Shown piece by piece: positions 18,667-30,000 of a stretch of 64,000 nt of DNA. Location of the stretch: positions 928,001-992,000 of the forward strand of contig CAWIXE010000001.1 of NCBI GenBank assembly GCA_963840035.1. The letters run 5' to 3'. The notes under the pieces are model-generated. The model searched no databases and was not told the origin of the DNA. It was given only the letters and a program-made list of their open reading frames with translations. The position numbers and the translations under genes are program-made. How positions within the stretch are numbered: position 1 is the first letter of the stretch; each line of letters starts with the position of its first letter. The DNA is from a candidate division FCPU426 bacterium (GTDB lineage: Bacteria; Oederibacteriota; PGYV01; Palsa-1178).

Positions 18667-19674
18667 ATGCAAAAAAAAGTTTTTAATCTTAAAACTATAA
18701 AAAGCGTCATATTTGTCCGTCTTGGCAAGCTTGGCGATATGATGATTGCCAGCCGTATACTCAGGAAAACAAGGCAGGCATACCCGCATTTAAAGATCGG
18801 GCTTATAACCCTCAATAAAAGCCGGGAACTCTTCCGATATAATGATGACGTTGACGTACTTAAGATATGGCAGCCTTTGACCCTGCCGGTACTGGCCGTT
18901 GCCGAGCGTCTGCGCGGGTGGGACCTTCTTGTTGACTTAAATGACGAGCCTTCAAGGCGTTCCATACTCGCGAAAAAACTGGTCGGCGGAAAGCATTCAA
19001 TTGCCTTTAATAACCGTAAAAGCGAAGGCGTCTTTGAAAAAACAATCCCGACACTCATAAAGGAAAAATCACATGTCCTGCAGCGCTTAAATGTCATGGC
19101 TGCGGCGCTCGGGATGCCATTTAAGGCAAACGAGGCCATACCTGCGGTTTCACTCAAGCCGGGATTAAAGGAAGAGATTATCAGGGAAAGGGAAGCGTTA
19201 ACCGGCAAAGGAAAAAAGGTCATCGCGATAAACCTTTCAGCGGGACACGCTTCGAGGTATTGGGCCGTGGAAAAGTGGGAGAGCCTGATAAGGGCCCTCG
19301 TGAAAAAGCACCCGAAAGCATTTATTAAGATACTTTGTTCGCCCGCCGACATTAAAGAGGCAAAAGCCCTCGCTGCATGGATAAATTCGCCAAAGATACT
19401 TCCTGTAAAGACATCAAACCTCCATGGCTTCCTTGCTGAGATTGCCGCAAGCGACATGCTGATAACACCTGACACTTCTGCGGTCCACGCGGCATGTGCC
19501 CTTGGCGTGCCTGTGCTGGGGTTGTATCCTGAGCCTTACTGGAATTTTGTTTCATGGAAGCCTTCAGGAAAGAACAATATGGCAATCCGTTCAAAAAATG
19601 ATGGCGTGGACGGGATTGGACTTGATGAAGTGTGCAAGGCAGCCTTGAAAATGGCGGGGATGATTTTAAGGTAG
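18667..19674 (+). CDS. Glycosyltransferase family 9 (heptosyltransferase-like)
   Basis: VRLGKLGDMM and LITPDTSAVHAACALGVPVLGLY motifs. Confidence 0.9.
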   Translation: MQKKVFNLKTIKSVIFVRLGKLGDMMIASRILRKTRQAYPHLKIGLITLNKSRELFRYNDDVDVLKIWQPLTLPVLAVAERLRGWDLLVDLNDEPSRRSILAKKLVGGKHSIAFNNRKSEGVFEKTIPTLIKEKSHVLQRLNVMAAALGMPFKANEAIPAVSLKPGLKEEIIREREALTGKGKKVIAINLSAGHASRYWAVEKWESLIRALVKKHPKAFIKILCSPADIKEAKALAAWINSPKILPVKTSNLHGFLAEIAASDMLITPDTSAVHAACALGVPVLGLYPEPYWNFVSWKPSGKNNMAIRSKNDGVDGIGLDEVCKAALKMAGMILR

Positions 19675-19697
19675 TTATTTGCTTGTTTATCGGTTTG

Positions 19698-19840
19698 GTA
19701 GCCGCAACCTTCAGGTTGCGATACGAAGGGTCCTGCCTTGCGCAACATGTCGTGAGGAACACGACAAGATGAGAAGGTATTATTCTGACTTAATGTTTGT
19801 TCGCTTAAGCTCACAAGGACATCTTGAAGGTTGCGGCTAC
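19698..19840. repeat. REPIN-like element GTAGCCGCAACCTTCAGGTTGCG ... GAAGGTTGCGGCTAC with a ~77-bp insert in the right REP
   Basis: Right arm CGCAAC|insert|TGAAGGTTGCGGCTAC; lies between convergent genes. Confidence 0.88.
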
Positions 19841-19866
19841 CAGCGTACAAAACAAACCAAAAAAAC

Positions 19867-22365
19867 TTATTTTTTATCCGCCGTCAGCAGCGCAATCTCC
19901 GCGAAGACCGACGGCACCTGCATGAAATTCTCGCACACTATGTACCTCGGGTGCCACGACGGGCTGAACTCGTCTTTTTCCTTTCTTAAAGACCATATAT
20001 CCCTGTATTTTTCGCCGTAATTATACAGGGCAGAACCGGCTTTGTTCCACGCCGGAGAATATGAATTAAGGTCTATGGATGAGGACGGCGTCAGGCCGAG
20101 GTTGAAAAAGGCGAAATGTTTTTCCTTTCCCCAGAGTATCAGTTTGTACTTAATATACCTTTCAATGTCCTGGGTTGTGCCTTTTATGGAACGCAGCATG
20201 TCTATCCTGAACTCGTCTTTTAAGGCCCCTGACAGGACTGTGGCAAAAGCGATGAGTTTTTCCTGCTTGTATACCGCTGCAATGTGGAAATGACGCAGGT
20301 ATTCCTGGTTGAAAAAACCTATTATAAATCCCGGCTCTTTAATCTTTTTGGCAATCAGCCATTCTTTTGAAACTTCAACCGCGCTTTTTAAAAACGATGA
20401 TGAACTCTCTCGCGGAAGTACGCGGAAAGAAAAACCTGCCGTCTCAAGCCTGCGGGTTAATGACTGCAGGACGGCGTCTTTTTTCCTGTCAACCGGATAG
20501 TATTCAAGGGCGACTGCCGCGTCGTCGCCAATTTTGTAAAAATTAAACATGGCGTCCTTGTAAAAGTGCAGGTTTTCCTGGTTGACATTGAAAAAAACCG
20601 GCTTGGCCTGTGACTGCCTGGCCAGGCGCTTGAATTTCCATATCATCTCCTCTGTTTCCGCGTAAGGGCCGTACGGGTCCCCGAGCGCGACAAAGTGGCT
20701 CCCGCACTGGGCGTACATGATAAACGACTGCCTTGACCATGAAAAAAGCAGCTGTTTATCGCCGGATAAGGAAAGCAGGGAAATCGCGTCAGAGGAATCA
20801 AAAGCGATCCTGCCGGCGGCATCAGCGTCATATTTTGGGGCTGAGTGCGGGGAAGGCTTGTCAGGCATGAAAATATAACTCACCATCCATGTGATGCCAA
20901 GAATCAATGAAAGCAAAAACGGGAGAAATCCGCGAGCGGACAGGGCGTTAATCCCGGAGGGCATGGACAGGTATATTATCACCGCGCACGCTGAAAATAC
21001 CGCTGTTATAGAAAACAGGATTCCTCGGGTGGGCCTCTCGGCGAAGACGCCTGTTTTCCTGAAAAAATATTCTTTGAAGACAAGCATTATGCCGAAGAGT
21101 ACTATACATAGCGCTGAAATTTCATAACTTAAACCCGACAGCAGCAGGAAAAAACTTCCGGAGACCAACAGCCACAGAGTCAGTATATACGAGGCGGAAA
21201 CTGATTTTTGCAGGCCGCGCGAGAGCATTAACAAACCTGCGCCGGAAAAAAAACACAGGTAAAGAGATAATGACTGAAGCGCGGGCGGAAGTATGGCATT
21301 AAGAGAAGCAACCCTGTCCGCGCCTGCCGGTATTGAGCCTGTGAGCATCATGGCAGCCCCGGCTATGAAAGAGAAAAATGAAAGCACGTAACCCGGGGTG
21401 GAGGAGAGCAGGTCCTTAATCTCGCCCGCCTTTGAAAAAATGGTCTTTCTTTCAGCCTCGGCCTCTGACTCGCCGTAAACAAAATATGACACTGCCAGCG
21501 GCAGTATGTAGTAGATCAGCCTGTACATAATGATGGCGCTGACAACAGGAACGGCGCTGCCTGAAACCGGTGAGAGCATGGATATGGCGGCCGCGTCAAA
21601 TACGCCGAGCCCGCCGGGGATGTTGCTTATGATTCCCAGGAATTCCGACGCAATGTAGACTGCGAAAAAAACAGGGAGAGGCCCCGGTTCGGGCAGCAGG
21701 ACATATAATGCCGCTCCGGCAAAAGCCCATTCAAGGATGGATACGATTATCTGCGGTATGGAAACCAGCGGCCGCGGTGGCTTGACGGGGATACTGAAAA
21801 GCAGGATATCTTTTTTTATGATAAGGGGCCACAGAATGTAAAGGACGAGCGCGGATACCATGATAACAGAGGAAACAACCAGCAGGGTCTTTAGCGCAAA
21901 CGGAACAGAAGCGGGAAGCGCGCCGGGGATAAGAATTATCGCGGAGAGCGCGGTGAAACCGGATAATGATGAAAGGGTGCAGAAGGCTATGACCTGGGCG
22001 GTCTCAGCCGCGGTGTACCTCCACATGGAATACATGCGCAGCCGGACAGCGGAAGAGCTTAGGAGGGACAGCCCGAGGCTGTTGCCGAAGGCGTTAGCCG
22101 TAAAAGAAACCGCGGCGCATTTTAAAAATTCAGGTTTTTTGCCGATGTGTATCACGGCAAGGTAATCATAGAATATGAGGAAGAAATAGCTCAATGCGGC
22201 AAAAAGCAGGGACAGGCCGATCTTACCCGGGGATATGGAGATAAAACCGGATATGATACCGGACCCGCCGTGGTTTTTAAAGAAACCGGCAAGTATGAAA
22301 ATGGACGCAAGAAATGAAAAAGCTGTAAAAGCGGCCCCTATGCGCCGCAGGAGTTTTGTATTCAT
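19867..22365 (-). CDS. mprF: Bifunctional aminoacyl-phosphatidylglycerol flippase/synthase (MprF family)
   Basis: YDYLA, RLRMYS, PGGLGVFD and YRLIYYILP in the TM part; C-terminal GDK, ALGDPYG, KIGDDA and KDEFSPSWHPRY motifs. Confidence 0.88.
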   Translation of the reverse strand: MNTKLLRRIGAAFTAFSFLASIFILAGFFKNHGGSGIISGFISISPGKIGLSLLFAALSYFFLIFYDYLAVIHIGKKPEFLKCAAVSFTANAFGNSLGLSLLSSSAVRLRMYSMWRYTAAETAQVIAFCTLSSLSGFTALSAIILIPGALPASVPFALKTLLVVSSVIMVSALVLYILWPLIIKKDILLFSIPVKPPRPLVSIPQIIVSILEWAFAGAALYVLLPEPGPLPVFFAVYIASEFLGIISNIPGGLGVFDAAAISMLSPVSGSAVPVVSAIIMYRLIYYILPLAVSYFVYGESEAEAERKTIFSKAGEIKDLLSSTPGYVLSFFSFIAGAAMMLTGSIPAGADRVASLNAILPPALQSLSLYLCFFSGAGLLMLSRGLQKSVSASYILTLWLLVSGSFFLLLSGLSYEISALCIVLFGIMLVFKEYFFRKTGVFAERPTRGILFSITAVFSACAVIIYLSMPSGINALSARGFLPFLLSLILGITWMVSYIFMPDKPSPHSAPKYDADAAGRIAFDSSDAISLLSLSGDKQLLFSWSRQSFIMYAQCGSHFVALGDPYGPYAETEEMIWKFKRLARQSQAKPVFFNVNQENLHFYKDAMFNFYKIGDDAAVALEYYPVDRKKDAVLQSLTRRLETAGFSFRVLPRESSSSFLKSAVEVSKEWLIAKKIKEPGFIIGFFNQEYLRHFHIAAVYKQEKLIAFATVLSGALKDEFRIDMLRSIKGTTQDIERYIKYKLILWGKEKHFAFFNLGLTPSSSIDLNSYSPAWNKAGSALYNYGEKYRDIWSLRKEKDEFSPSWHPRYIVCENFMQVPSVFAEIALLTADKK

Positions 22366-22454
22366 ATGATAATGATATAAACACAATTGACAATTGTCAA
22401 TTGTCAATTTACAATGCAATACGCAAGCTTTAAGGCATAAAAAAATCCGGAGGT

Positions 22455-22736
22455 ATGAGAATGAAGCATAATTCGTATTTTGAAGGGAATGTCCAGAGTT
22501 TAAGCCTCAATACTGAAAGGGGCAGCGCCACAGTCGGCGTGATTGCCCCGGGTAAATACAGTTTTGGGACCGTTACCGAGGAAACCATGGCAATTGTTTC
22601 AGGCGGCCTGAAGTATAAGCTTGCCGGAAAAGACTGGCAGATTGCCGTAAAAGGCAGTGATTTTGTTGTACCCGCAAATGAGAAGTTTGAAGTGGAAACG
22701 GACAAGGATACAGCCTATATTTGTTATTACAAATAG
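22455..22736 (+). CDS. ppnP: Pyrimidine/purine nucleoside phosphorylase (DUF1255)
   Basis: KHNSYFEGNVQSL, ATVGVIAPGKYSFGT..ETMAIVSG and AYICYY motifs. Confidence 0.92.
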   Translation: MRMKHNSYFEGNVQSLSLNTERGSATVGVIAPGKYSFGTVTEETMAIVSGGLKYKLAGKDWQIAVKGSDFVVPANEKFEVETDKDTAYICYYK

Positions 22737-22785
22737 ATTGTCTATATAAATGGCAGTATTTAAAGGGAAAAAATAGAAGAACTAA

Positions 22786-23595
22786 GTTTTTGTAAATTTC
22801 ACTGCCGGGGCCAGGTATGATTACCAGAGCAAGTTTGGAGGGGCTTTTGTCCCGCGTTTTGTCCTGACAAAGCAGTTCGGAAACTTTCACTTCAAGGGCA
22901 TGGCCAACTTCGCCTACCGGTCGCCGAGCATTCTTAATATAGACGGAAATCAGAACATCAAGCCTGAATTCACGACGGATTACGAGCTGGAACTTGGATA
23001 CAAGCTCGGAAACCTTTCACTTGTGCTTAACGGTTTTGACACAAGGATAAAGGACGCCATAGTATACGATACGGTAATAGACCCGCCTAATTTTTATTTC
23101 AATTCCGGAAAAGTCGGCACGCAGGGGCTTGAAGCGCAGCTTAATTTCGCTGAAAAATGGGGCAGCGTAAAAGCCGCGTATTCCTATTACCGCACCGTTG
23201 AAAATACCGTGCCCCAGTATATGTCATATGATGTTTCAGGAAATGAAGTGACAGGCATAAACACCGGCATGCCGGCGCACAAAATCACTCTGGCAGGAAG
23301 CGTAAAGATAGCCGACATAATCACCGTAAGCCCGTCGGCATTTTACCTTTCGGAGAGATATAACACATACTACTCTGACGCGGTTGGCGGAGATGTTTAC
23401 CAGAAGCTCGGCCAGGTGGCTGTAACAAACCTGGTATTGAGCGGGGAGATTATAAAAAACCAGCTTTCTCTTTCACTGGCTTGCTACAATGTATTTGACG
23501 CGGATTATTCCGTGGCCCCCGGATACTATGATTATGACAGGGAAACACCGGGAAATTCCAGGGAGTATATGGCAAAATTAAACTATAAATTTTAA
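22786..23595 (+). pseudogene. 5'-truncated TonB-dependent receptor (C-terminal barrel only)
   Basis: The frame upstream of ATG 22900 reads VFVNFTAGARYDYQSKFGGAFVPRF.. after an in-frame TAA (22783). It continues YRSPS..IKPE..ELGY, YNVFD and ends in C-terminal YKF; no signal peptide or plug domain. Confidence 0.8.
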
Positions 23596-23622
23596 TATGG
23601 CGTTTAAATAAGGCGGCATCAG

Positions 23623-23655
23623 GCCCCGCGGGTAAAACCGCGGGGCTTATTATTT
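23623..23655 (+). terminator. Rho-independent terminator
   Basis: GCCCCGCGG-GTAAAA-CCGCGGGGC-TTATTATTT. Confidence 0.7.
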
Positions 23656-23787
23656 GTGCCTTGAGTTTTGAGGTTAATTGGATTATAATATAAATGCGGC
23701 ATCATACCAGGTTTTCTGCGGCTCAAATTTACGTACGGCAAATAATATGTTTGTTTTTTTGCGTTGAATATACAACAGGCGGTGGAA

Positions 23788-25596
23788 ATGATCTGTCTTG
23801 AGCTTCCGGCATTCCTTCATTTTGCTGCTTTCCTTGCCTATTTTTCGCTTGCCATATACATGGTTTCCGGAAAATTATCGACAAACCAGCGGATGAGGAT
23901 ATTTCTGATTGCCTGCTGCCTTGCCGTGGGCAGCCTTGAAAGGCTCATAGCTCATAATACATGCGTGACACCTGAGGTTTTAAAGGCGGCTGAACTGATA
24001 ACAAGGCCGGCATGGATAGCGGCGACGCCTCTGTGTTTTTTGCTCCTGCTCGGACTTTCAAAATTATGGAAAGTTTCAGATTCCATATGGACTAACCTTG
24101 TTATCGCGGTATATATACTTGCCGCGTATTTAATAGACATTACAGGGCAGGGTTATATTGTGGAAAAAACCGGCTTTGGATGGTTAATCAGCTATACGTC
24201 CAAGTGTTCGTTCGTATATTACATCTGCGATATGGTTCTGACTTATGCCGCGCTTGCCGCGGCATTATACGCGATAATCGACAGGAAAGACAATTTGAGC
24301 CGGTTGCAGGCTTCGATTGTGGGCGGCTTCGGGTTTGTTGCCGTAGCAGGTTTGACCGTTTCACAGATTGTCCTGCCCCATTCATTTATTTCCGATTCAG
24401 CCGACCTGTTTAACATCATTCTTGTGGCCGGAGCGGTACTCGCCATAAACCGTTTTGGTTTTGTATCGCTAACCACCGCTTTTGTTTCCGAGGCTGTATT
24501 CCGGTCCATTTCTGAAATGATGATGGTGGTGGATTTAAACGGAATGATAATCGAGGCGAATGAATCGCTAAAGAAAAAGGCCGGTTTTAACGACGGCAGA
24601 AAAAAAGGGAATAGTATGTCGGTGCTGTTTTTGGATGGCGAAAGCGAAGTCCAAAGGATACGGGAGCGCGTCATGTCCTCCGGGAGCATAGTCTCAATGG
24701 AAATAAAACTTGCGGATAAAGGCACGGGACTTCTGACCGCTTCAACGATAAAAATTGGGGGCATCAACGCGGGAATAGCCTGTGTAATAGCTGATATAAC
24801 AGCCATCAAAAAAATGCAGGATGAGATCCAGAGGAATTACGACAGGATGATAGTGCTGGATTCCATGAAGACAAGCTTAACGCACAGCTTAACGCACGAC
24901 CTTAAAACACCCATGGTTTCGATAAAAGGGTTTGTGGCGATGATGCTCAAGGGCGACGCGGGCGCCATAAGCGAAAGACAAAAGGAAATGCTTGAAATAA
25001 TGAACAGGAACATATCCAGGCAGCTAAAACTAATCAGCGACATGCTTGGCGTGGCTAAGATGGAAGGAAGCGGGGTAAAACTTGACATAAGGGAATTTAA
25101 CATGGCGTCGGCTGCGGCAGACTGCCTGCTGGAACTGACAGGCGCGGCGGCTGAAAAAAAGATCAGGTTTGAGCTTACAAAACCCGCGGAAGCGCTCATT
25201 GTGCGCGCCGATGAGTTCCGGATATGGCAGGTAATGGAGAATATTTTAGGCAATGCGGTGAAATTTTCGCCCGAGGGATCTGTCATAAAAATAAGCGTTT
25301 CCGCATCTAACCCTGAGAACGCGGTTATTCCGCAGTACGCGGATACGCTAGCGTTAAAAAAATCGCCGTATGCTTTATTTTCGGTTACTAACCCGGGCAC
25401 GGGGATTTCAGGGCAGGACATCGACAGGATATTTATCCGTTTTGAACAGGCCGGCGACACGCAGTCGCGCAATAAAGGCACCGGGCTCGGGCTTTCAATC
25501 GCGAAATCCATAATACAGGCGCATGGAGGCGCAATATGGGCTGAATCAGAAGGGGCGGATAAGGGCGCTGTATTTAAGTTTGTTTTGCCGGTATAA
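23788..25596 (+). CDS. Orphan sensor histidine kinase (7TM N-terminus, PAS, HisKA, HATPase)
   Basis: THDLKTP H-box, ENILGNAVKFS N-box, GTGLGLSI G2 box; the G1 box reads NPGTG instead of DxGxG. Confidence 0.9.
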   Translation: MICLELPAFLHFAAFLAYFSLAIYMVSGKLSTNQRMRIFLIACCLAVGSLERLIAHNTCVTPEVLKAAELITRPAWIAATPLCFLLLLGLSKLWKVSDSIWTNLVIAVYILAAYLIDITGQGYIVEKTGFGWLISYTSKCSFVYYICDMVLTYAALAAALYAIIDRKDNLSRLQASIVGGFGFVAVAGLTVSQIVLPHSFISDSADLFNIILVAGAVLAINRFGFVSLTTAFVSEAVFRSISEMMMVVDLNGMIIEANESLKKKAGFNDGRKKGNSMSVLFLDGESEVQRIRERVMSSGSIVSMEIKLADKGTGLLTASTIKIGGINAGIACVIADITAIKKMQDEIQRNYDRMIVLDSMKTSLTHSLTHDLKTPMVSIKGFVAMMLKGDAGAISERQKEMLEIMNRNISRQLKLISDMLGVAKMEGSGVKLDIREFNMASAAADCLLELTGAAAEKKIRFELTKPAEALIVRADEFRIWQVMENILGNAVKFSPEGSVIKISVSASNPENAVIPQYADTLALKKSPYALFSVTNPGTGISGQDIDRIFIRFEQAGDTQSRNKGTGLGLSIAKSIIQAHGGAIWAESEGADKGAVFKFVLPV

Positions 25597-25673
25597 AAAG
25601 GTAAGTTATTTTCACTGATTACCGAACCCGCAAAAAACGCGGGAATTTTTTTTATTAAAACCATGGAGGCGGA

Positions 25674-26402
25674 ATGGAAAAAAAATTTAAATGGCCCGGC
25701 GGGGCAAAAGGGGCTGTGTCGCTTACTTATGATGACGGCCTCATAACTCAGCTGGAAAACGCCATGCCGCAACTGGACCGGGCTGGCATTAAAGCCACTT
25801 TTTTTCCTTCAGGGGAAAGTCTTAGGGAAAAATCTTATGCCCCTGCGTGGAAGAGAGCGGTAAAAGCAGGCCATGAACTTGGCTGCCATACCATGAACCA
25901 CCCCTGCGATAAAAAACATGAGTTTGTCATTCCAGGCTATAGCCTCCAGGAATACTCCGCGCAGAGGATGAAGGATGAAATAATTGAAAACATGAAAGTG
26001 CTTAAGGGTTTTGGGTGCGCTAAAACAGAGTCCTTTGCCTATCCCTGCGCTGAGACTTCGCTTGGAAATAACATGTCGGAAAGTTACATCCCCCTGATCA
26101 GGGGGATGTTCACGGCAGCAAGGGGGATAAAGGATGAAATCGCGGACCCTTATACGGTTGAACTGTATGACACCCCTTCAATCGGGGTTACGTGCGGCGG
26201 CAAAGAAATGATAGACCTGGTAAAACAGGCTGAAAGCTCGGGCGGGTGGATGATATTTCTTTTTCACGGCGTCGGAGGGGACTACATATCAGTCACAACG
26301 GATGCGCACGCGCAGCTGGTCGAATACCTTTCAGGCAACAGGAACTCAGTGTATACGGATACCTTTGGGAAGATAGCTGGGCATATTAAAAAGAAAAGGT
26401 AA
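25674..26402 (+). CDS. Polysaccharide deacetylase family protein
   Basis: SLTYDDG, ATFF, GHELGCHTMNH and FAYPC motifs. Confidence 0.9.
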   Translation: MEKKFKWPGGAKGAVSLTYDDGLITQLENAMPQLDRAGIKATFFPSGESLREKSYAPAWKRAVKAGHELGCHTMNHPCDKKHEFVIPGYSLQEYSAQRMKDEIIENMKVLKGFGCAKTESFAYPCAETSLGNNMSESYIPLIRGMFTAARGIKDEIADPYTVELYDTPSIGVTCGGKEMIDLVKQAESSGGWMIFLFHGVGGDYISVTTDAHAQLVEYLSGNRNSVYTDTFGKIAGHIKKKR

Positions 26403-26453
26403 AATACCCCCGGTTTGTGATATAATTCTGATATCAAAAAAATGGAGGAAAGC

Positions 26454-26852
26454 ATGAAAAAAATTTTATTGGCTGCGGCAGTGATTTCGGCTGTACTGGC
26501 ATGCGGCTGCGCAAGCGCACCGGCAGTGGAATTGAAAAATGACGTAAAAGCCCTTGGTTCGGAAACTGTTGATACGGGAAAAGCAGCGGTTGAAGTCGGC
26601 AAGTCAGCCGGAAAATTGATTGCTGACGAAGCAGCAAAAAAAGCAGAGGCGGTTAAAAGTGCAGCCGGCGCTGTTGCAAAGACAACAAAGGACGCAGCTG
26701 TAAAAACAGGTTCAGCGCTGCTTTCAAAAGGTAAATCGCTCATAAAAGGCGCTGTCCAGTCAGCTGCTGACACAGTAACTACAACTGCGGTAAATAAGGC
26801 CGACAGTGCTGTACAAAAGGCCGGGGATACAGTAAATAACCTTGTAAAATAA
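26454..26852 (+). CDS. Ala/Lys-rich lipoprotein
   Basis: Lipobox (LACGC); low-complexity helical A/K/V repeats. Confidence 0.75.
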   Translation: MKKILLAAAVISAVLACGCASAPAVELKNDVKALGSETVDTGKAAVEVGKSAGKLIADEAAKKAEAVKSAAGAVAKTTKDAAVKTGSALLSKGKSLIKGAVQSAADTVTTTAVNKADSAVQKAGDTVNNLVK

Positions 26853-26862
26853 TGATTTTTAT

Positions 26863-26897
26863 AAAAGGGCAGCCTGTAAAAAGGCTGCTTTTTTTTT
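26863..26897 (+). terminator. Rho-independent terminator
   Basis: GGCAGCCT-GTAAAA-AGGCTGCT followed by a T9 run. Confidence 0.8.
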
Positions 26898-27028
26898 CAT
26901 AAGAGAGAGTCTTAAGCCGGAATTGATGATTAGAATCAGATTATATACAAATCCTCCTATTATTTACTTGAAAAAATGGAATTTATACTATATATTTAAG
27001 GTATATAAAGAGTCAAAGAGGTGCTTGC

Positions 27029-30000
27029 TTGTTTGAATTTAAAATGCCTATATTTAGTATTTTCAACAAAAAAGTTGACAAATTACTAAACATGGGTATT
27101 TTTTTGTTTTTTTTAACGTTACCTTATTATATATACTCAGTCCCGCCGGATCATTTTAATCTTAACTCGCCCGGAACAGTTTCCGCCGGTTCGATTTTTT
27201 ATGTGACGGCAACAGCCATGAATATAAATGAAACTGTTATGACTTCATACAATGGTACAGCGGGTTTTGATTCATCAGCCTCACAAACCATATTTCCGGC
27301 CGATTACGCGTATATTGCCGGCGATAACGGCGCGCATGTTTTTCCCATACAGCTGATGAACGCAGGAGAACAATCACTGACCATATTTGATACTGCCAAT
27401 ATTAATTCCTACGGAAGCGCGCTCATGACGGTGGATCCCGGGGAACCTTCGAGTTTTATTGTTTCAGCGCCTTCGTCGATTAAGGCGGGAGTTTTATTTT
27501 ATGTGACTGTAACCGCAAAAGACGCTTACAATAATACCATAATAAAATACAACGGGACCTCCCATTTTTATTCGACTGATCCCGCGGCTGTATTGCCGTC
27601 GGACAGTACTTTTCAAAATGATGATTATGGGGTAAAGGTGCTGCCTGTCATGTTAAAGACAAAAGGAACGCATGTAGTTTCAGTTGTTGACCTTTTAAGC
27701 AGCACGGTAAACGGGTCAAGCAACGCGATAGACGTAACCAGCGGCATTCCAACCAGGTTTTCCGTTAGCGCGCCTACCACGGCAAACCCGGGAACCGGTT
27801 TTAACCTGGCCATATCCGCCATGGACGCGTTTAATAATGTTGTTGATTGGTACACGGGGATGGTCCACTTCACATCGACTGACGCGGGAGCTGTTTTGCC
27901 GGGTAATTATACTTTTCAGGCCGGTGACTATGGCAACAGGATATTTTCCGCGTCACTGCTTAACACCCCGACACAATCCATAAGCGTAAATGACGCGGTT
28001 GCCAATACCATAAACGGATCAAGCGGCGCCATAACGGTAAGCGCGGGAAGCGATAAGTATTCCCAGCCGCTTATGCTTACTTCATATCTGTCGCAGGCAA
28101 ACATGTACCAGTTTGTATATATCATGTTCGCAAATCCTTCCCTGACACTTATTCCAAATAATGCCTATCTCGAATATGATGTTTTCATACCTGAATACAG
28201 CGCGGATTTTTACACGGGCACTGAATTTGGCAGAAAGTCAGTGGTCGGGTCATGGATCATGAGGGATTTCGGGGCGCCAAATTACCTTATAGACCAGAAC
28301 GCCGTAAGGTGCCATCCGTCCATGGATCTTAAAAATTACGCGTCAGGAAAATGGTATCACAGAAAATTCAACATAGCGGCCCTTAACGGCCTATCTTATA
28401 ATCAGGCGCAGCTCGCGCAGGATACGGGAAACTCGGGCGCTAACGGAGCGCCTTCAAACAGCGCGGGCACTTTCAACGGGATTTATGACAATATAAAGAT
28501 AACCGATTCGGGCGGCGGGTCGCTGATAAATCTGTTTTCAAATGCGAACACCATACCCATGAGCGGCGGAGTCTCGGTTGACGGGAACATAGCCGGAAAC
28601 AGGGGCGACGGGGGTATAAGCACGGCGGACGCGACCCATGCCGCGCCGCTGGATAATTACATATGGCTGATAAAGGACATGTCGCTTACCGCTTCTCCGG
28701 CTTCAAACATTGTGGCTGACGGAGTGAGCCCTTGCACGATTACCGCGAATCTTTTCGCGCCGGGAGGCGCGGGCGTGTCTTTCGCGCTTGCTGATTTTGT
28801 TTCTGACAGGGGCGTGGATACGATTTCCCCGGTTGCGGTGAGCGCCAACGTAAAAGCAATAACCGACGGGGCAGGCAACGCTAAGGCCGTCATCAGGTCG
28901 ACTAAAGCCGGGGCGGCGAATATAACGGTCCGTTCCGCGCACATAAGTAAAATAATAACGGTAAACTTTGTAGCAGGGCCTTCTGCCAAAGTAAGGATAA
29001 TACCTGACTGGCTTTCCATCGTGTCAGGAGTCAACGGTACCATAAAAACAAGGCTTGAAGACGCTTACGGCAATTTTTCACCGGCCGCGAAAAACGTTAC
29101 TATTACTTCAAGCTCGGGAAGCATGAGGTTCTCATCAGACAATGGATCAACATGGTCGCAGACACTTGTTGTAAACGGCATGATAGAGTCAAATGTTCTG
29201 GTCAATGACACGACACCGGGAGACGCGATGGTTACGGCTTCCGCCGCGCTTTTAACTTCGGGCAGCGCGGTGGTGCACGTAAATGATTCCCCGGCTAAAT
29301 TCCTGTCAATTATTCCTGTGACACAGACAGCCAAGGCCGGAAATCAGGGTTTGTTTACGATAAGGTCCCTGGATGCTTCCGGAAACAACTGCTTTTCTAC
29401 GGACAGTGTTTTTGTGACGCCTACATCCGCAACCATGATGTTTTCACTTAACGGTAATTTTTACTACAGCAGCATAACGGCAACCCTGATAGACGGAAGG
29501 GCGGATGTTTACTATAAGGATACTAAGGTCGGGGTTAATGTCACGGTAACAGCAAAAGCAGCAGGTTATACGGACGGAAAAGCGTATTTTACCACGATTG
29601 CAAATGATCCGGCCATACTTGACGGATGGTCCGATAAATACGCCGTAACTGCAGGCCAATCAGTTACGATAACGGCAAAGATCACCGACCTTTATGGGAA
29701 CGCAATTGCAGGAAAGTTTATAACATTTACGGCGCAGGTGGAGGGCGGGCTTGGTGATTCGGCGATTACACCTTCAGGGAACAGTACAAATGCGTCAGGG
29801 CTAGTTACTGTCGTATACAGGACAAAAAGCTCGTCTGCGGCCCAGAATTACTGTATTATTAATTCAACAGGGCTGCTGGGAAAAACCCTGACAATAGCGG
29901 GCTCGACGGCCGCGGTAGCATTTTCATTCCTGCCTAATCCGCTCGCGCTTGGAGCGGATATAAACGGAACGCTTTATATAAATGCAAAGGATACGAACGG

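Noticed and set aside
24837..25772. 311-aa minus-strand ORF, and similar long antisense ORFs such as 18660-19475
   Set aside because: Antisense to well-supported genes and without recognisable motifs.
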